DNA from: Alloascoidea hylecoeti
Taxonomy: Eukaryota
Direction of reading: 5' to 3'
Assembly (NCBI GenBank): GCA_001600815.1
Contig: BCKZ01000014.1
Location: forward strand, 124,001 to 188,000
DNA: 64,000 nucleotides
Part shown: positions 61,676 to 64,000 of the stretch, in pieces
Layout of the letters: the number at the start of each line of letters is the position of its first letter
How positions within the stretch are numbered: position 1 is the first letter of the stretch
Position numbers and translations under genes: made by a program
Notes under the pieces: model-generated
Told to the model about the DNA's origin: nothing
Databases searched by the model: none
What the model saw: only the letters and a program-made list of their open reading frames with translations

Positions 61676-62537
61676 ATGGGAATACCTGTACAGATTTATC
61701 TTTCACCAGTTCCAGCTGATAATATTGAGCCTACAACGACAATAACTTTATCTAATACAAATGATGCAACTACTACCAGCTATACTACAACAACAATTAC
61801 ATTACAAGCCGCAAGTATACGTACTATAACTAAACATCTAGATGATTCTCTACAGAAAGAGCAAGTAGATAGTCATATTAGCGCTAGTCATATTAGCGCT
61901 AGTAATAGTCATAGCCTAAGCATAAGTTTCTCCTCAACAGGATTAAAAACAGTCTATAAATCACATCAATCATCTTCATTACCAACAGCAAGTACACATT
62001 CTCAAGCCTCTGCAATTCCTTTATCGCCAACACAATCAGATAGTTCAATTAATCCTACTATACAAAAGGAATCAACAAATCTTGTTAATACTTCTCAAAT
62101 AGGTTTGGCTGTTGGAATCCCAATAGGTGTAATGAGTTTATTATTATTATCATTTGTTGGATATTTTTATTTTAAAAGTCGAAAAAAGTCATCATCATCA
62201 TCATCATCAAATCAAAGTTTTACTGATAATTTTAATGAAAAACGGAAAAGTTTTGATTTTTTAAAATCTTTAGACCTAAATTTAGCAAATAAAACTCTTT
62301 ATGATACAAATTCATTATCTGATTTTTCATTAGGTATGGGTACTACAAGTACAGTTGAACCAGCACCTTTAGGTATAAATCGATCGTTAATGGAAACACC
62401 TGAAGATATTCAAACTCCTAAGCCTATATACCATAAAAATAGAGGTTTAAGCAGATTAAGTAATATGTTTTCAATGACAAGTAAAGAGATTAATAATTTT
62501 ACAAGAGGACTTGAAAATGGTGTAGCAGTAAATGGTG

Positions 62538-62583
<46 letters not shown>

Positions 62584-63244
62584 TAATAATAGCTGGCTTA
62601 GAAAAATGAAAAAAACAATGGAATTGAAAAATTCTCAAATTCGGTCTCAAAATGACCATCAATTTCAAGACAAAAATGAAATTGAAAGTGAGACAAGTAA
62701 CGGTTCGGTGATAGTTGGAAATTTAGAAGAGCTAGAAAAAGGCGCTAAACTTGGAACTGTAAGACAAAATATGGTTAAAATAACCGAACCAAGAAACTCG
62801 GTTCATGCTTTCTTTTTGAATAGTAGTAAGAGCAGATTAAGTTCCAATGCGGTTGTTGTTCCTTCGCCTGGCTATAGCACCAGGAGTGAACTTGAGAGTA
62901 GTACTAATTATAATAAGAATAATGATGTTAACGTTGAAGAGAGGACTACAAAGGAGACTACCGAAGGTCCTAAAATTGGCTACATGAATCAGATATTGGA
63001 GGAACCAAGATATAAAATCGAGGCTGAAGAGAAGGAGTTGAAACAATTTAAATTACGACCACGTTCGCAGGCATCTTATGATCCGCTGTCGATGGCATCG
63101 CATATCCCCTCTAATTCACTGAAATCTATAGAATCTGCCAAATCAGTGGCATCCTCTAAATCTTTCTCTCACTCTTTACGGGGTCTTGGCTTCTTGACGG
63201 TGGTGACGGTGGTTGAGTCTGCCAATGGTCATGGTCAAGCATAG
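61676..63244 (+). CDS. Single-pass membrane protein with an S/T-rich N-terminus (Fus1/Mid2/Skg6-like TM) and a long low-complexity cytoplasmic tail
   Basis: T/S-rich N-terminal region, TM segment IGLAVGIPIGVMSLLLLSFVGYFYF followed by KSRKK, and a poly-N tract. No clear signal peptide or SH3 domain seen. Confidence 0.7.
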
Positions 63245-63452
63245 TGTATATTGTTTACAGCTGAACATAAATTAAAGTTTCCGTATTGTTTGTGTTTTGT
63301 TCTATTGATAACCATGTTCAATAATAAATTTTTATCGTGAGTGTAATTCTAAGACCGGCCGTGTATGTACACTGTATAACATTTACCCTTATTTCGACTC
63401 CGTCTCTTTTCCCCTCCATCGAAAAATAGATCCATTCCTGAAAACTGCTAAT

Positions 63453-64000
63453 ATGGTCTACTCACATGAAAATGGTTCTTCAGGTAGCTCTCGCACAACA
63501 ATCCAACAGGCACCGATGGGTGATTCGCTTGGTAAGTCCCTAGAACAGATAGAATCTTTGGACCCTGCGCTTGCTCCTGCTGTTACTCTTCTATCCGTTC
63601 ATAGTAGACGTAAATATCATGGGAATTACTTTAAATTTCTACACGAATTAAAACCAGATGGAAAACCAGCTGATAAAATCTGGAAAGAGGTCTATGGGAA
63701 TTTGATAGGTACTCAACTAGCTATTTATGACGCTTCCAAAGTAGTGGATCTTGGCGCAGGCCAGTTGAAATACTCCGAAAAGCCTATTTATATTAATTTC
63801 ACAGATTCTTCATTTCAACCTTTATCAATTGCAGGTGATAATAATACAATGGTTGTAGCAACAACTCTTAAAAATCGTTATTTATTACAATTTTCAACTT
63901 CTTTAGAATTTAATACTTGGCATTCTATTTTTAGATTATCAACTTTTGAATATACTTCCTTACAAGAGGCTTATACTGCTTCATTATTATCAAGTAAAGG
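63453..64000 (+). CDS. PH-like domain protein of the Caf120/Skg3 family, 5' part (runs off the window)
   Basis: LAPAVTLLSVHSRRKYH...DGKPADKIWKEVYGNLIGTQLAIYDA...YINFTDS...TTLKNRYLLQF...EYTSLQEAYTASLLSSK. Not in the ORF track. Confidence 0.85.
   Translation, partial: MVYSHENGSSGSSRTTIQQAPMGDSLGKSLEQIESLDPALAPAVTLLSVHSRRKYHGNYFKFLHELKPDGKPADKIWKEVYGNLIGTQLAIYDASKVVDLGAGQLKYSEKPIYINFTDSSFQPLSIAGDNNTMVVATTLKNRYLLQFSTSLEFNTWHSIFRLSTFEYTSLQEAYTASLLSSK

Noticed and set aside
62539..62590. (AAT)n tracts here and at about 10248-10279
   Set aside because: Ordinary coding poly-Asn microsatellites in an AT-rich genome, not an array or CRISPR.

Overview
A very AT-rich, intron-rich fungal chromosome segment, most consistent with a budding yeast (Saccharomycotina) using the standard code, since CTG falls at conserved Leu positions. 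I reconstructed 20 short introns (about 56-105 nt) by hand. Core genes in order: ATP10 (3' part), INA17-like, an OYE/YqjM-like flavin oxidoreductase, IDP1, CST9/ZIP3, COX8, COX9 (missed by the ORF track), VPS33, ELP1/IKI3, a class I GATase, VAM7, CSR1, CTF3/Mis6 (CENP-I), NAM2, SMC6, USO1, a short RAD52-family gene (RAD59-like), an SDR, a four-domain tail-anchored thioredoxin, a Fus1/Mid2-like membrane protein and CAF120/SKG3 (5' part). Between the gene blocks are decayed accessory regions. These hold local duplications of neighbouring gene ends, a near-identical 1.4-kb inverted duplication, a foldback around a gypsy-type integrase fragment, a Tc1/mariner transposase relic beside a TA-flanked 225-bp palindromic element, pseudogenes (RPL42, DUF4246, a PD-(D/E)xK+kinase fusion, an orphan family) and a twice-present C/D-box snoRNA-like element. 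All calls come from reading the sequence by eye; identities are estimates and no searches were run.
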